Positions 39,527-48,866 of a stretch of DNA of 64,000 nucleotides are shown one piece after another (positions within the stretch are counted from its first letter, which is position 1; every line of letters begins with the position of its first letter). The translations under genes and the position numbers were made by a program. This DNA is from an uncultured Clostridia bacterium (GTDB lineage: Bacteria; Bacillota; Clostridia; TANB77; CAG-508), in NCBI GenBank assembly GCA_944387405.1, contig CALXET010000003.1:143758-207757 (forward strand), given 5' to 3'. A model generated the notes under the pieces. The model was not told where the DNA came from. It made no database searches and worked only from the letters and a program-made list of their open reading frames with translations.

Positions 39527-39568
39527 CAAAAAAGAAGATTATAGAATGTTAATCTACAATCTTCTTTT
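39527..39568. terminator. Bidirectional terminator between the PAP2 gene (+) and the M23 gene (-): agaagattatag ... ctacaatcttct
   Basis: A 12-bp stem with one mismatch. There are A/T runs on both sides. Confidence 0.5.
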
Positions 39569-39572
39569 TATT

Positions 39573-40340
39573 TTATTTCCAATATGTTGTTGGATTAACA
39601 TTTTGACTATCTAATAACATTTCAAAATGAAGATGTGGCTCATCCACAATCTCAAAGGCTCCACTACTTCCAACAGTACCAATTGTCTGTCCTTTTTTAA
39701 CACTATCACCTTGTTTTATAAACTCTGCAGATAATAAATTTGAATATACAGTTTCAAAGCCTTGACCATGATCTATAGTAACAGTTAGCCCATATCTTGG
39801 ATCATCTTTGATTGATTTAACTTTTCCATCTTCTGAAGATGCTACTGCACTTCCCTTTTCTGCTTTTATATCTACGCCATAATGAGTTGTCCATTCTTCT
39901 AAAGTCTCAGAATATATTAAATTTGTATCAGAATAATCTCTATATATTTCTCCTTCAAGAGGAACTTCAAATGAAAGTTCTTTTTTCTCCTCTTTTGCTT
40001 TATCACCTTCACTTTTTTTATCTGATTTATTCTCTTCAGTATCTACACTCTTTACTTCATTTTCAACTAGGTTTTCCACTTTTTTTTCACTAGATGTATT
40101 TTCAGTCGTATTTATTTCATTTATTCCCTTATCAGTACTAGATGTCGTACTTTCAATTATTTCTGTTTCCATTGAATTCATCTTTTGTGCCGCTATTTGT
40201 TTATCTGCATCTAATTTATTTTGATATAAAGAAAGTACAAATACAAGTGCTATGGCAGTTATAAATAAAACTATCCCAGAAATATATAAAATAGCTTTTA
40301 GCTTATTTTTATCTTCTACATAATACCTTTTTCCGCTCAT
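39573..40340 (-). CDS. M23/LytM-family peptidase, membrane-anchored; SpoIIQ-like by synteny with spoIID
   Basis: 255 aa. The N-terminal TM helix is ILYISGIVLFITAIALVFVL. The LytM motifs HYGVD (HxxxD) and HLHFEM (HxH) are intact. The gene is immediately downstream of spoIID, as spoIIQ is in other Clostridia. Confidence 0.55.
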   Translation of the reverse strand: MSGKRYYVEDKNKLKAILYISGIVLFITAIALVFVLSLYQNKLDADKQIAAQKMNSMETEIIESTTSSTDKGINEINTTENTSSEKKVENLVENEVKSVDTEENKSDKKSEGDKAKEEKKELSFEVPLEGEIYRDYSDTNLIYSETLEEWTTHYGVDIKAEKGSAVASSEDGKVKSIKDDPRYGLTVTIDHGQGFETVYSNLLSAEFIKQGDSVKKGQTIGTVGSSGAFEIVDEPHLHFEMLLDSQNVNPTTYWK

Positions 40341-40419
40341 TTAAATCCTCCTTATATATTCTAATTTTAATTACAGTATTTGCACTTTTTTATAAAATAT
40401 TCAATTTAACAAATAAATT

Positions 40420-41418
40420 TTAATAACTTGCATTTTGAACATCTACACCTGAATAAAAATGTTTTATTATTTCAATATAATTTTTCCCTTGCTTTGCTAA
40501 TGTGTTACTCCCTGTTTGACTAAGTCCAACTCCATGCCCATATCCTTTAACTATAAATTTAATATTATTCTTTCCTATATCTATAGAAAAATTTGCAGAT
40601 CTTAATTCAAATATTTTCCTTACTTCCACTCCACTTAATGTCTTATTTCCTATCTTTATTTGCTTAATTCTATCTCCTTCTGTATATGAAATAATTTTTA
40701 TACAATCTTTATCATTAAAATCAATTTTAAAATCTTTATATTCTTTTTTCATTTTTTCTATAAATTCATCTTTTTTTAATGAAACTTCTGATGAATATTG
40801 TTTATATGTATCTTCTCCTGAAGTCTCTACACTCTGCAAATATGGATATCCTTCTCCACCCCAAACGTATAATGGTCTTTCAGTTTTTCCGCCGCTATTA
40901 GAATGAAAAAAAGCATTTATCACTTTACCTTTATAAGTTATAATTTTTCCTTTTGTACTATCTACAGCCTCTTTTATTTTCTCCCATTTTTTATCTTTAT
41001 CTGTTTTCCAAGCTTTATATCTTTCGCCTTTAGAAATCCATGCTTGACAACATCCTGAATCATCGCAAATATCAGCATTTTTATGTTTAGATGAATTAAT
41101 TATCTTATATAATGTATATGTCCTTGCTACTGTAGCTTGTGCTTTCAATGCTTCTATTTCATAGTCTACTGGCATTTCAGCTGAAACCACATTATACAAA
41201 TATTCATCTATATTTACACTTTCTATTTTCCCTGTATCAGAATGTAATAATTTTATTTTTTCATATTTTCCATAGTCATAACTTCCATCTACTATTCCCT
41301 CACCGTAATTCTTATTTGCTATTACTTGTTCTATTTTTTCAAATCTAGAAGTAAAAATTATTGGAATCAAAAAAAATAAGATTATTACAATAATCATATA
41401 TATTAATAATCTTTTCAC
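40420..41418 (-). CDS. spoIID: Stage II sporulation protein D (SpoIID-family lytic transglycosylase)
   Basis: 332 aa. There is an N-terminal TM helix and a SpoIID/LytB-type domain. It is positioned 3 nt downstream of sigF. Confidence 0.65.
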   Translation of the reverse strand: MKRLLIYMIIVIILFFLIPIIFTSRFEKIEQVIANKNYGEGIVDGSYDYGKYEKIKLLHSDTGKIESVNIDEYLYNVVSAEMPVDYEIEALKAQATVARTYTLYKIINSSKHKNADICDDSGCCQAWISKGERYKAWKTDKDKKWEKIKEAVDSTKGKIITYKGKVINAFFHSNSGGKTERPLYVWGGEGYPYLQSVETSGEDTYKQYSSEVSLKKDEFIEKMKKEYKDFKIDFNDKDCIKIISYTEGDRIKQIKIGNKTLSGVEVRKIFELRSANFSIDIGKNNIKFIVKGYGHGVGLSQTGSNTLAKQGKNYIEIIKHFYSGVDVQNASY

Positions 41419-41421
41419 TTC

Positions 41422-42129
41422 TTAAATTATCTCCTTTATATCTTCTCTCATTTTTTGAAGTATTTTTTTCTCTAATCTTGATACCTGTACTTGGCTTATT
41501 CCATATATTTTAGCAACTTCACTTTGTGTTTTTTCCTTAAAGTATCTTAATAAAATAATATTTTTTTCTTTTTCATCAAGTTTTTTTAGTGCATCTTTAA
41601 TCATAATTCTTTGAACTATATTATTTTCTGGATTTTCATTTTTTTCTATTATTATTTTTTCTTCTTTTTCTTTTATACTATTTGTAAAACAATACTCATT
41701 AATTGATTCTACACTACTATTAATATTTTGAGCTAATATAAAATCTTCTTTTGATATTTTTAACTCTTTAACAATCTTATCCATTGAAACTTCTTCATTA
41801 TTTTTTTCATACTTTTCTTCTAATAATTTTATCTTATAATTTAACTCTTTTAATCCCCTGCTTACTTTAATCATTCCATCATCTCTTAAAAATATTTTTA
41901 TCTCTCCTATTATATATGGAACTGCATACGTAGATAATTTTGTATCATAAGATAAATCAAATCTCTTTACTGCTTTAATAAACCCTATTGCTCCTATTTG
42001 AAATAAATCATCTAATTCATATCCTCTATTTTTAAATCTTTTTACAATACTCCATATAAGTGCAGAATTTTCTGATACTAGCGTTTCTAAATCTTTTTCT
42101 GTAATATTCTCATCACTTACATTTTTCAC
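41422..42129 (-). CDS. sigF: Sporulation sigma factor F (SpoIIAC)
   Basis: 235 aa. Sigma-70 region 2 is DLFQIGAIGFIKAVKRFD and region 4 is TQSEVAKIYGISQVQVSRLEKK. The gene follows spoIIAA-spoIIAB. Confidence 0.85.
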   Translation of the reverse strand: MKNVSDENITEKDLETLVSENSALIWSIVKRFKNRGYELDDLFQIGAIGFIKAVKRFDLSYDTKLSTYAVPYIIGEIKIFLRDDGMIKVSRGLKELNYKIKLLEEKYEKNNEEVSMDKIVKELKISKEDFILAQNINSSVESINEYCFTNSIKEKEEKIIIEKNENPENNIVQRIMIKDALKKLDEKEKNIILLRYFKEKTQSEVAKIYGISQVQVSRLEKKILQKMREDIKEII

Positions 42130-42153
42130 TAGTTTCTCCTTAAAATTTTATCT

Positions 42154-42624
42154 TTATGTACATAGATCAGTATCTCTTTCAAATTCTTGATCTATTTTTG
42201 AAATTTTCTTTTTCATAGTAATCTTAGTTCCAAGACCAACTATTGATTCTATTTTTAATTCATCCATAAAATTTTCTACGATTGTAAACCCCATACCTGA
42301 TCTCTCCAGCTCAGCTTTCGAAGTATATAAAGGCTTTCTTGCAAGTTCTACATCCTCAATGCCCTTTCCTGTATCTGAAATTTCAATTACAATTGTATTA
42401 TCAATAATTTTAGATATTATCTTTATTATTCCATCAGATGTATCATATGCATGAATAATAGAATTTGTTACAATTTCAGATACTGAAGTTTTAATATCAG
42501 ATAATTCTTCAATAGTTGGATCTAACTGAGAAGCAAAAGCTGCAACTGTTATTCTTGCAAAAGCTTCATTACAAGACTTACTTATAAATTCTAGTTTCAT
42601 TTCATTGTCATACTTATTCTTCAT
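42154..42624 (-). CDS. spoIIAB: Anti-sigma F factor, serine kinase (SpoIIAB)
   Basis: 156 aa with a GHKL ATPase fold ([36 protein letters not shown]). It overlaps spoIIAA by 11 nt. Confidence 0.85.
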   Translation of the reverse strand: MKNKYDNEMKLEFISKSCNEAFARITVAAFASQLDPTIEELSDIKTSVSEIVTNSIIHAYDTSDGIIKIISKIIDNTIVIEISDTGKGIEDVELARKPLYTSKAELERSGMGFTIVENFMDELKIESIVGLGTKITMKKKISKIDQEFERDTDLCT

Positions 42625-42952
42625 TACTAACCTCCTCTATATTTAAAGTAGTTATTGGAATAATTTTTAAAACTCCTGTCATCTCAAAGATTCTTCTTAT
42701 ATTTGGCTTTACATTTATCATTTCCATTTTTGCACCTAACATTGCAGCTGTTTTATATCTTCCAATTACCATTCCGATTCCGGCACTATCCATGAAGCTA
42801 ACACTATTAAAATCAAGTATAACTCTTTTAGGATTTCGTCTTTGAATCTCATAATCTGCATCCCTCCTTAATTTTTCTGCCATATGATGATCTATTTCTT
42901 CTGTTATTTCTAAAATTAAAAGCTTGTCCTTTTCTATATATCTCTCGTTCAT
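42614..42952 (-). CDS. spoIIAA: Anti-anti-sigma F factor (SpoIIAA, STAS domain)
   Basis: 112 aa with a STAS fold. The phosphorylatable Ser context is [18 protein letters not shown]. Confidence 0.85.
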   Translation of the reverse strand: MNERYIEKDKLLILEITEEIDHHMAEKLRRDADYEIQRRNPKRVILDFNSVSFMDSAGIGMVIGRYKTAAMLGAKMEMINVKPNIRRIFEMTGVLKIIPITTLNIEEVSNEE

Positions 42953-42992
42953 ATTTTCCCCCTTTAATATTAGAAATTCTTTTATTTTTATT

Positions 42993-43019
42993 ATTCTTTT
43001 ATTTACATTATTTTCCTTT
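42993..43019 (-). promoter_or_regulatory. Candidate sigma-H-type promoter upstream of spoIIAA (AAAGGAAAAT ... GAAT)
   Basis: On the minus strand, AAGGAAAAT (-35-like RNAGGAWWT) is followed about 13 nt later by GAATAAT (-10-like GAAT), roughly 45 nt upstream of the spoIIAA ATG. Confidence 0.3.
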
Positions 43020-43084
43020 GAAGAAAAAATAGAAGTTTTGCCGAATTATGAGAAGTTTTCGACAAAATATTTGATAGATAAATA

Positions 43085-43124
43085 AAAAGAGATAGAATTA
43101 ACTATCTTAACTCTATCTCTTTTA
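43085..43124 (-). terminator. Intrinsic terminator downstream of valS (aaaagagatagaatt ... aactctatctctttt)
   Basis: A 9-bp perfect core stem (agagataga / tctatctct) with extended arms and flanking T/A runs. Confidence 0.5.
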
Positions 43125-43151
43125 ACTTATCTAGTCTTTATTTATCTATGC

Positions 43152-45800
43152 TTATTTTAATTTTTCTAATCTTTCTTTTACTGCTTCTAACTTTTCCTTA
43201 TAATTTGCAAGTTTTTCTTTTTCTTCATTAACTTTAGCTTCAGGTGCTTTTGAAATAAATCCTTGATTAGAAAGCATTTTTTCTCCTCTTAATACTTCTG
43301 CTTCAAGCTTTTTCTTTTCTCCTTCTAATCTTTCTATTTCTTCTTTAATGTCAACTAAATCTCCTGAAGGCATATATACTTCAATTCCACTATTTACAAT
43401 AGCAATAGCATTATCTGGAATATTTTCTTTTTCTTCTTTTACTTCTAATGAACTTCCAAATCCTAGCTTTAATAAAAATCCTTCTGATTCTTTTATTTCG
43501 TCTTTATATTCTTTAGTTACAAATATTAATTTAGCTTTTTTACTAGGATGAGCATTCATATTTGCTCTAACATTTCTAATTTCAGTAATTATATTTTTAA
43601 GAATTTCTATTAAATATTCTTCTTTTTCAAATATGAAATTCTCTGAATAATCTGAATAATTATCAATCATTATACTTTCTTTTACATCATATAATTTTGT
43701 ATAAATCTCTTCTGTTATAAACGGCATAAATGGATGTAATAATTTTAAAGCAGATTTAAGTACTCTGTTTAAAGTATATTGAGCAGCATATCTTGACTCA
43801 TCTTCTTTGTTATATAATCTAGTTTTTACAATCTCTATATACCAATCACAAAACTCATTCCATATAAATGAATATATCTTATCTAAAGCTACTCCTAAAT
43901 CATAGTTATCAATATTATTTTCCACTTCTTTCATAAGTTTTGTTACTTTACTTAATATCCATTTATCTTCAATTTTTAATTCTTTTAAATCTATTTTACT
44001 TAAATCTTTAGCATCTTCTAAATTCATTAAAACAAATTTTGAAGCATTCCATAATTTATTTGAAAAATTTGCTGCTTGTTCTAATTTTTCAGGCATATAT
44101 CTTATATCATTTCCCATTGTAGTACCAGATAAAACTGAAAATCTTAAACTATCTGCACCATATTTATCTATAACATCTAAAGGGTCCACACCATTTCCAA
44201 GAGTTTTTGACATCTTTCTTCCTTGACTATCACGAATAATACCGTGAATTAATACATCTTTAAATGGTTCTTTACCAGTAAATTCTAAGGCCTGAGTCAT
44301 CATTCTAGATACCCAGAAAGTAATAATATCAAATCCTGTAACTAATGTATTAGTTGGATAAAATCTCTTGTAATCTTCATTTTCTGTATTTGGCCAACCA
44401 AGAGTTGAAAATGGCCATAATGCTGAACTAAACCATGTATCTAATGTATCTTCATCTTGTTTTAGATGTGTGCTTCCACACTTTTCACATTTTTCTGGTT
44501 TCGTTTTAGCAACATTAATATGATTACATTCTTCGCAATAATATGCTGGAATTCTATGTCCCCACCATAATTGTCTTGATATACACCAATCTTGTATATT
44601 ATCAAGCCAGTGAAAATATTGTTTCTCATATCTTTTTGGAATAAATCTTGTTTTATCCTCTCTTACACTATCAGCAGCTCTTTTAGCTAAATCCTTCATT
44701 TTTACAAACCATTGTGTAGATATCTTAGGTTCGATTGTATTTTTACATCTTTCACATTTTGCAACATTATGAGTATAATCTTCTTCTTTTACTAAAGCTC
44801 CTATTTCTTTTAATTTTTCTACTATTTTTTCTCTTGCTTCCAATAAATCCATTCCTTTATATTCTGGAACTAAATCACCCATTTTAAAATTATCATCAAA
44901 TACACTTACTATTTCTAGATTATGTCTTAATCCTGCTTGATAATCATTCATATCATGAGCTGGTGTTATTTTAACACATCCTGTTCCAAAATCTTTTTCA
45001 ACAAAATCATCTGCTATAATTGGAATTTCTTTATTCATTATTGGTAATATACATGTTTTTCCTACTAAATCTTTATATCTTTTGTCATCTGGATGTACTG
45101 CTACTGCTGTATCACCAAGCATAGTCTCTGGTCTTGTTGTTGCAACTACAATATACTTATCCTCATCTTTTATCTTATATCTAATATGCCATAAATGAGA
45201 TGGTTCTTCTTTATATTCAACTTCTGCATCAGATATAGATGTATTACAACTTGTACACCAATTAACCATTCTTTTGCCTTTATAAATTAATCCTTTTTCA
45301 TATAATCTAACAAATTGTTCTAATACCGCATCTGACATGCCTTCATCTAAAGTAAATCTATTTCTATCCCAATCACAAGAGCATCCTAGCTTTCTTTGTT
45401 GTTTTTGGATAATTCCACCATATTCATGAGTCCAATTCCAAGCTTCTTCTAAGAATTTTTCTCTTCCTAAATCTTGCTTTGTTTTTCCTTCTTTAGCAAG
45501 TTTTTGTACAACTTTCATTTCAGTAGAAATAGCTGCATGATCTGTACCTGGAAGCCAAAGTACATCATAACCTTTCATCCTTTTATATCTAATTAAAATA
45601 TCTTGTATAGTTCCATCTAATGCGTGCCCCATATGAAGTTTTCCAGTTACATTTGGTGGTGGCATCATTATACAATATGGTTCTTTTGTTTTATCCATAC
45701 TAGGTTTAAAATAACCTTTCTTTTCCCAATTTTCATAGATTTTGTCTTCAAAATCTTTTGGATTAAATTTGTCATTTAATTTATGTTTGTTTTCTTCCAT
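43152..45800 (-). CDS. valS: Valine--tRNA ligase
   Basis: 882 aa. The HIGH motif is PPNVTGKLHMGHAL and the KMSKS motif is GRKMSKTLGN. There is a C-terminal coiled coil. The zinc knuckle is CTSCNT...CEKCGS. Confidence 0.95.
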   Translation of the reverse strand: MEENKHKLNDKFNPKDFEDKIYENWEKKGYFKPSMDKTKEPYCIMMPPPNVTGKLHMGHALDGTIQDILIRYKRMKGYDVLWLPGTDHAAISTEMKVVQKLAKEGKTKQDLGREKFLEEAWNWTHEYGGIIQKQQRKLGCSCDWDRNRFTLDEGMSDAVLEQFVRLYEKGLIYKGKRMVNWCTSCNTSISDAEVEYKEEPSHLWHIRYKIKDEDKYIVVATTRPETMLGDTAVAVHPDDKRYKDLVGKTCILPIMNKEIPIIADDFVEKDFGTGCVKITPAHDMNDYQAGLRHNLEIVSVFDDNFKMGDLVPEYKGMDLLEAREKIVEKLKEIGALVKEEDYTHNVAKCERCKNTIEPKISTQWFVKMKDLAKRAADSVREDKTRFIPKRYEKQYFHWLDNIQDWCISRQLWWGHRIPAYYCEECNHINVAKTKPEKCEKCGSTHLKQDEDTLDTWFSSALWPFSTLGWPNTENEDYKRFYPTNTLVTGFDIITFWVSRMMTQALEFTGKEPFKDVLIHGIIRDSQGRKMSKTLGNGVDPLDVIDKYGADSLRFSVLSGTTMGNDIRYMPEKLEQAANFSNKLWNASKFVLMNLEDAKDLSKIDLKELKIEDKWILSKVTKLMKEVENNIDNYDLGVALDKIYSFIWNEFCDWYIEIVKTRLYNKEDESRYAAQYTLNRVLKSALKLLHPFMPFITEEIYTKLYDVKESIMIDNYSDYSENFIFEKEEYLIEILKNIITEIRNVRANMNAHPSKKAKLIFVTKEYKDEIKESEGFLLKLGFGSSLEVKEEKENIPDNAIAIVNSGIEVYMPSGDLVDIKEEIERLEGEKKKLEAEVLRGEKMLSNQGFISKAPEAKVNEEKEKLANYKEKLEAVKERLEKLK

Positions 45801-45810
45801 AAATAACCTC

Positions 45811-46659
45811 CTAAAATAATTTTACTTTATATTCACTTTTAAATATTTTTCCTGGTTTTAATTCAATTAGATCTTCTTTTTCTTCAAATATTCGATTTGA
45901 ATCTATTTTATCTGCTGTATTAAACCATGGTTCAATACAGACAAATGGAGCTCCTTTTTTAGACCATATTGCAAGATAAGGAAATCCTGTAAAATCAAAT
46001 TCTAAAATCTCTTTATCTTCTTTTTTATTAATTAATTTTAATTTATTTGATTTTATATTTGTCATAATAATCGCATCTTTATCAAAAGTATCTTTTCTAA
46101 GTTCTATAATATTATTTTTTATAATACTTCTTGCATCAATGCTAGTATTATTTATTAATCCATCTGTTAATTGCTCTATTTTAATATTTTCATCTTCATG
46201 TTCTTCTTCAAATTTTAAATAATAATCTCCTGAAGAATAATCACATTTAAAAGCAGGATGAGCACCAAGTCCGAATATTATCTCTTTGTCATCTATATTT
46301 TTTACTTCATAAATTGTACTAATACTGTTTTCTAAATTATCTATTTTATATGTAATATTTAATTCGAATTTAAATGGGTATTTTTTTAAGGTTTCTTCAT
46401 TATACTTTAAACAATATTTTACTTCGTCTTCACTTTTAAAAACTTCTTCGAACTTCATATCTCTTGCAAAACCATGTTGTTTCATTTCATATGTGTTTCC
46501 TAAAATACTAGTTTTATTATCTTTAAGCATTCCTACTATTGGAAATAATATTGGGGCATGTCTATTCCAAAATTCTTTTCCATCATGAAGATATTCTTTT
46601 CCATCTTTTTTTATAGAAGTTAATTCTCCTCCTTCTTTTTTTGACTCTATTTTAATCAC
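45811..46659 (-). CDS. Aldose 1-epimerase-family protein (GTG start)
   Basis: 282 aa. The mutarotase-like pattern is FWNRHAPILFPIVGMLKDN...HGFAR...GAHPAF...FVCIEPW. The gene is 10 nt upstream of valS and directly downstream of the T-box terminator. Confidence 0.5.
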   Translation of the reverse strand: MIKIESKKEGGELTSIKKDGKEYLHDGKEFWNRHAPILFPIVGMLKDNKTSILGNTYEMKQHGFARDMKFEEVFKSEDEVKYCLKYNEETLKKYPFKFELNITYKIDNLENSISTIYEVKNIDDKEIIFGLGAHPAFKCDYSSGDYYLKFEEEHEDENIKIEQLTDGLINNTSIDARSIIKNNIIELRKDTFDKDAIIMTNIKSNKLKLINKKEDKEILEFDFTGFPYLAIWSKKGAPFVCIEPWFNTADKIDSNRIFEEKEDLIELKPGKIFKSEYKVKLF

Positions 46660-46680
46660 TTTTTTCCCACCTTTCTATAA

Positions 46681-46990
46681 ACAAAAAAACCTCACCCAGA
46701 AATAAGGGCGAGGTCTAAATCGCGGTACCACCTTAATTATATATTTTTTTATAAAACTAATATAATCAAAATTTCTATAATTAAAAATAATAATATCAAT
46801 TTTATTTTAATATACATCTTAAATTAGATTTTAACGTATCTTACACGGATATATTTACTAATAATTCAATATATCAGCTCCAAAGCTACTTCAATTTATC
46901 TTTTCTACTAGAAGCTTCCAGCGTAATCACTTCTATTCTCTATTAGATAGTGTTAAATTTACTACTCTTTTTCATTGCTTTTTTATTAAT
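46681..46990 (-). promoter_or_regulatory. T-box riboswitch leader (probable Val specifier) controlling the epimerase-like gene and valS
   Basis: The minus-strand RNA contains the T-box consensus AATTAAGGTGGTACCGCG (plus 46720-46737) immediately followed by the terminator acctcgccc-ttatttct-gggtgaggt plus a U-run (plus 46681-46714). Candidate specifier codons GTG or GTA (Val) lie in the stem I region. An AGAGTAGTA-type stem I element is present. Confidence 0.65.
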
Positions 46991-46997
46991 ATAAATA

Positions 46998-47026
46998 TTT
47001 ATAGCATATAATTATGCAATTGTCAA
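46998..47026 (-). promoter_or_regulatory. Sigma-A-type promoter for the T-box leader (TTGACA, 17-nt spacer, TATAAA)
   Basis: On the minus strand, TTGACA (plus 47021-47026), a 17-nt spacer and TATAAA (plus 46998-47003). Confidence 0.45.
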
Positions 47027-47063
47027 CGTTATGTTTACTTTGTAATAACTAATTTTTATTACT

Positions 47064-48782
47064 TTATTTATAAATTCTATAAATCTTATTATTTATATCT
47101 TGCACTTCTCCAGGTTCTATTAATACTTCATATTTATCAAATCCTGTATAATCTAATACTGTTTGTAAAACCTGTTCATCGTTTGCAGCAGTAACTTCTA
47201 CTCCTAAAATAAATTCATCTTTATTCTTTAATTCTTCATCATCTTTAATCCACCATAAATCTTCTTGTGCCATAAGCATCGTGTTTTCATAAGTCATAAA
47301 TTCTGGTAAAAATTGAATATGATTAAATAATAAATATCCTACATATACATAATCACAATCTCTGTGTTCCTCTGCAACCTCTAAATACTTATTATATCCT
47401 TCATACAAATAAGATGGTTTTTGTGTAATAAATCCATATCCAGTAAGTCCAATAACCATTGCAGCTACAAGTAATATCTCATAAGTCCTGTTATCAAACA
47501 TACTTCCTACCATCATTACAACAAATATTGTTGCTATTGGAAGTACATTCATTATATATCTAAGTTCGACATATGGAGCAATTTTAGCAATTATCATTAT
47601 ATAGCAAACTACTGGTATTGATATTAAACAAAATATTGGTAAGTTTTCTTTTTTCTTAACAATTATTACTACAAATATTGATAATATTATAAGTGCAATT
47701 CCAATAATATTATTAGCTCCAAAATTATTTAATATTAATTCTGCAAAAGCTTTTAATCTTGGTCCATATAATTCATTAGCGAAAAATCCAACTCCTCTTT
47801 CACCAAAGAACATATGATATAAAGACATTGGGAATATTAAAATTCCTATAATAGCTGAAACTGCAAATATTCCAACATATTTTGCTAGTTCCTTATATTT
47901 TTTCTTTATTAAGAAAATTATTCCCATTATAATAACAACAAGCAAAGCATAGAAACAGAAGAAATACTGTGTTAAAAATCCTCCCACCGTCGTTAATATC
48001 AGTTCTATAATTTTTCGTTTATCTATATGATAATCATTTTTTACAATCTTAATATTTAAATATAAAAATACTATTGTAAAAAATGTAAGCATCATATACA
48101 TTCTTAAAAACACAACTGTTGAAATTCCTGCAATACTTAAGCCATATAATAATACAGTAAGTATTGAAAGTTCTTTCTTATCTATTTCAATTAATATTTT
48201 TCTCATAAAATATGCTGTAAGTATAAAAAATGCAACATTTATACCAAAAATAATATATTTACTACTATTATTTTGAAATATTGAAGAAACCGTATTCACT
48301 ATTAAATAAAATAGTGGGGGATGAACATCACTTATTTGATTCCAGTATACAGATGAAAAATTAAATGCATCTCCATTTCCTGTTACCTGCATATAATCTA
48401 TTGCCTCTTCCCTTGTTCTCCAAGTATTTTCTTGTTCATCTGCTTTTTCTTTAATTAACCTGTCCTTTTCTTCAGTATTGTCTATATAATATTTTTTAAC
48501 ATTTCCTATAATGTCAAAAATATTTCCTTGCATTATATATTCATCAAAGAAAACTTTTTCAGGATCTATTTTCCAATCTGAATAAAACACATTTGAATAT
48601 GTTGAATTTGATGATCCATATGAAAATATTTCATCACAATGGAAACCTTCTTTTTTATTTATAAAGAAAAGCATTACTAATAATATTAAAACTAGTGAAA
48701 CACCAAATAATATTCTTTCAATTAGTACTGCTTTTGTTTTTACAGCAAGGCTCTCTTCTTGCTCTTTGTTTATCTCTTCCAT
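47064..48782 (-). CDS. GT-C-fold membrane glycosyltransferase (ArnT/PMT-like)
   Basis: 572 aa with about 12 TM helices. The early DE motif is FHCDEIFSYG and the HPPL motif is HPPLFYLIVN, both typical of the PMT_2/ArnT families. Confidence 0.5.
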   Translation of the reverse strand: MEEINKEQEESLAVKTKAVLIERILFGVSLVLILLVMLFFINKKEGFHCDEIFSYGSSNSTYSNVFYSDWKIDPEKVFFDEYIMQGNIFDIIGNVKKYYIDNTEEKDRLIKEKADEQENTWRTREEAIDYMQVTGNGDAFNFSSVYWNQISDVHPPLFYLIVNTVSSIFQNNSSKYIIFGINVAFFILTAYFMRKILIEIDKKELSILTVLLYGLSIAGISTVVFLRMYMMLTFFTIVFLYLNIKIVKNDYHIDKRKIIELILTTVGGFLTQYFFCFYALLVVIIMGIIFLIKKKYKELAKYVGIFAVSAIIGILIFPMSLYHMFFGERGVGFFANELYGPRLKAFAELILNNFGANNIIGIALIILSIFVVIIVKKKENLPIFCLISIPVVCYIMIIAKIAPYVELRYIMNVLPIATIFVVMMVGSMFDNRTYEILLVAAMVIGLTGYGFITQKPSYLYEGYNKYLEVAEEHRDCDYVYVGYLLFNHIQFLPEFMTYENTMLMAQEDLWWIKDDEELKNKDEFILGVEVTAANDEQVLQTVLDYTGFDKYEVLIEPGEVQDINNKIYRIYK

Positions 48783-48866
48783 TTTATTCTCCTAGTTTTT
48801 TTATTTTTTTGCTATTTAAAGCTTTTTAAATTATACTTTTTTATTTTACCACATATTTTAAAATAA

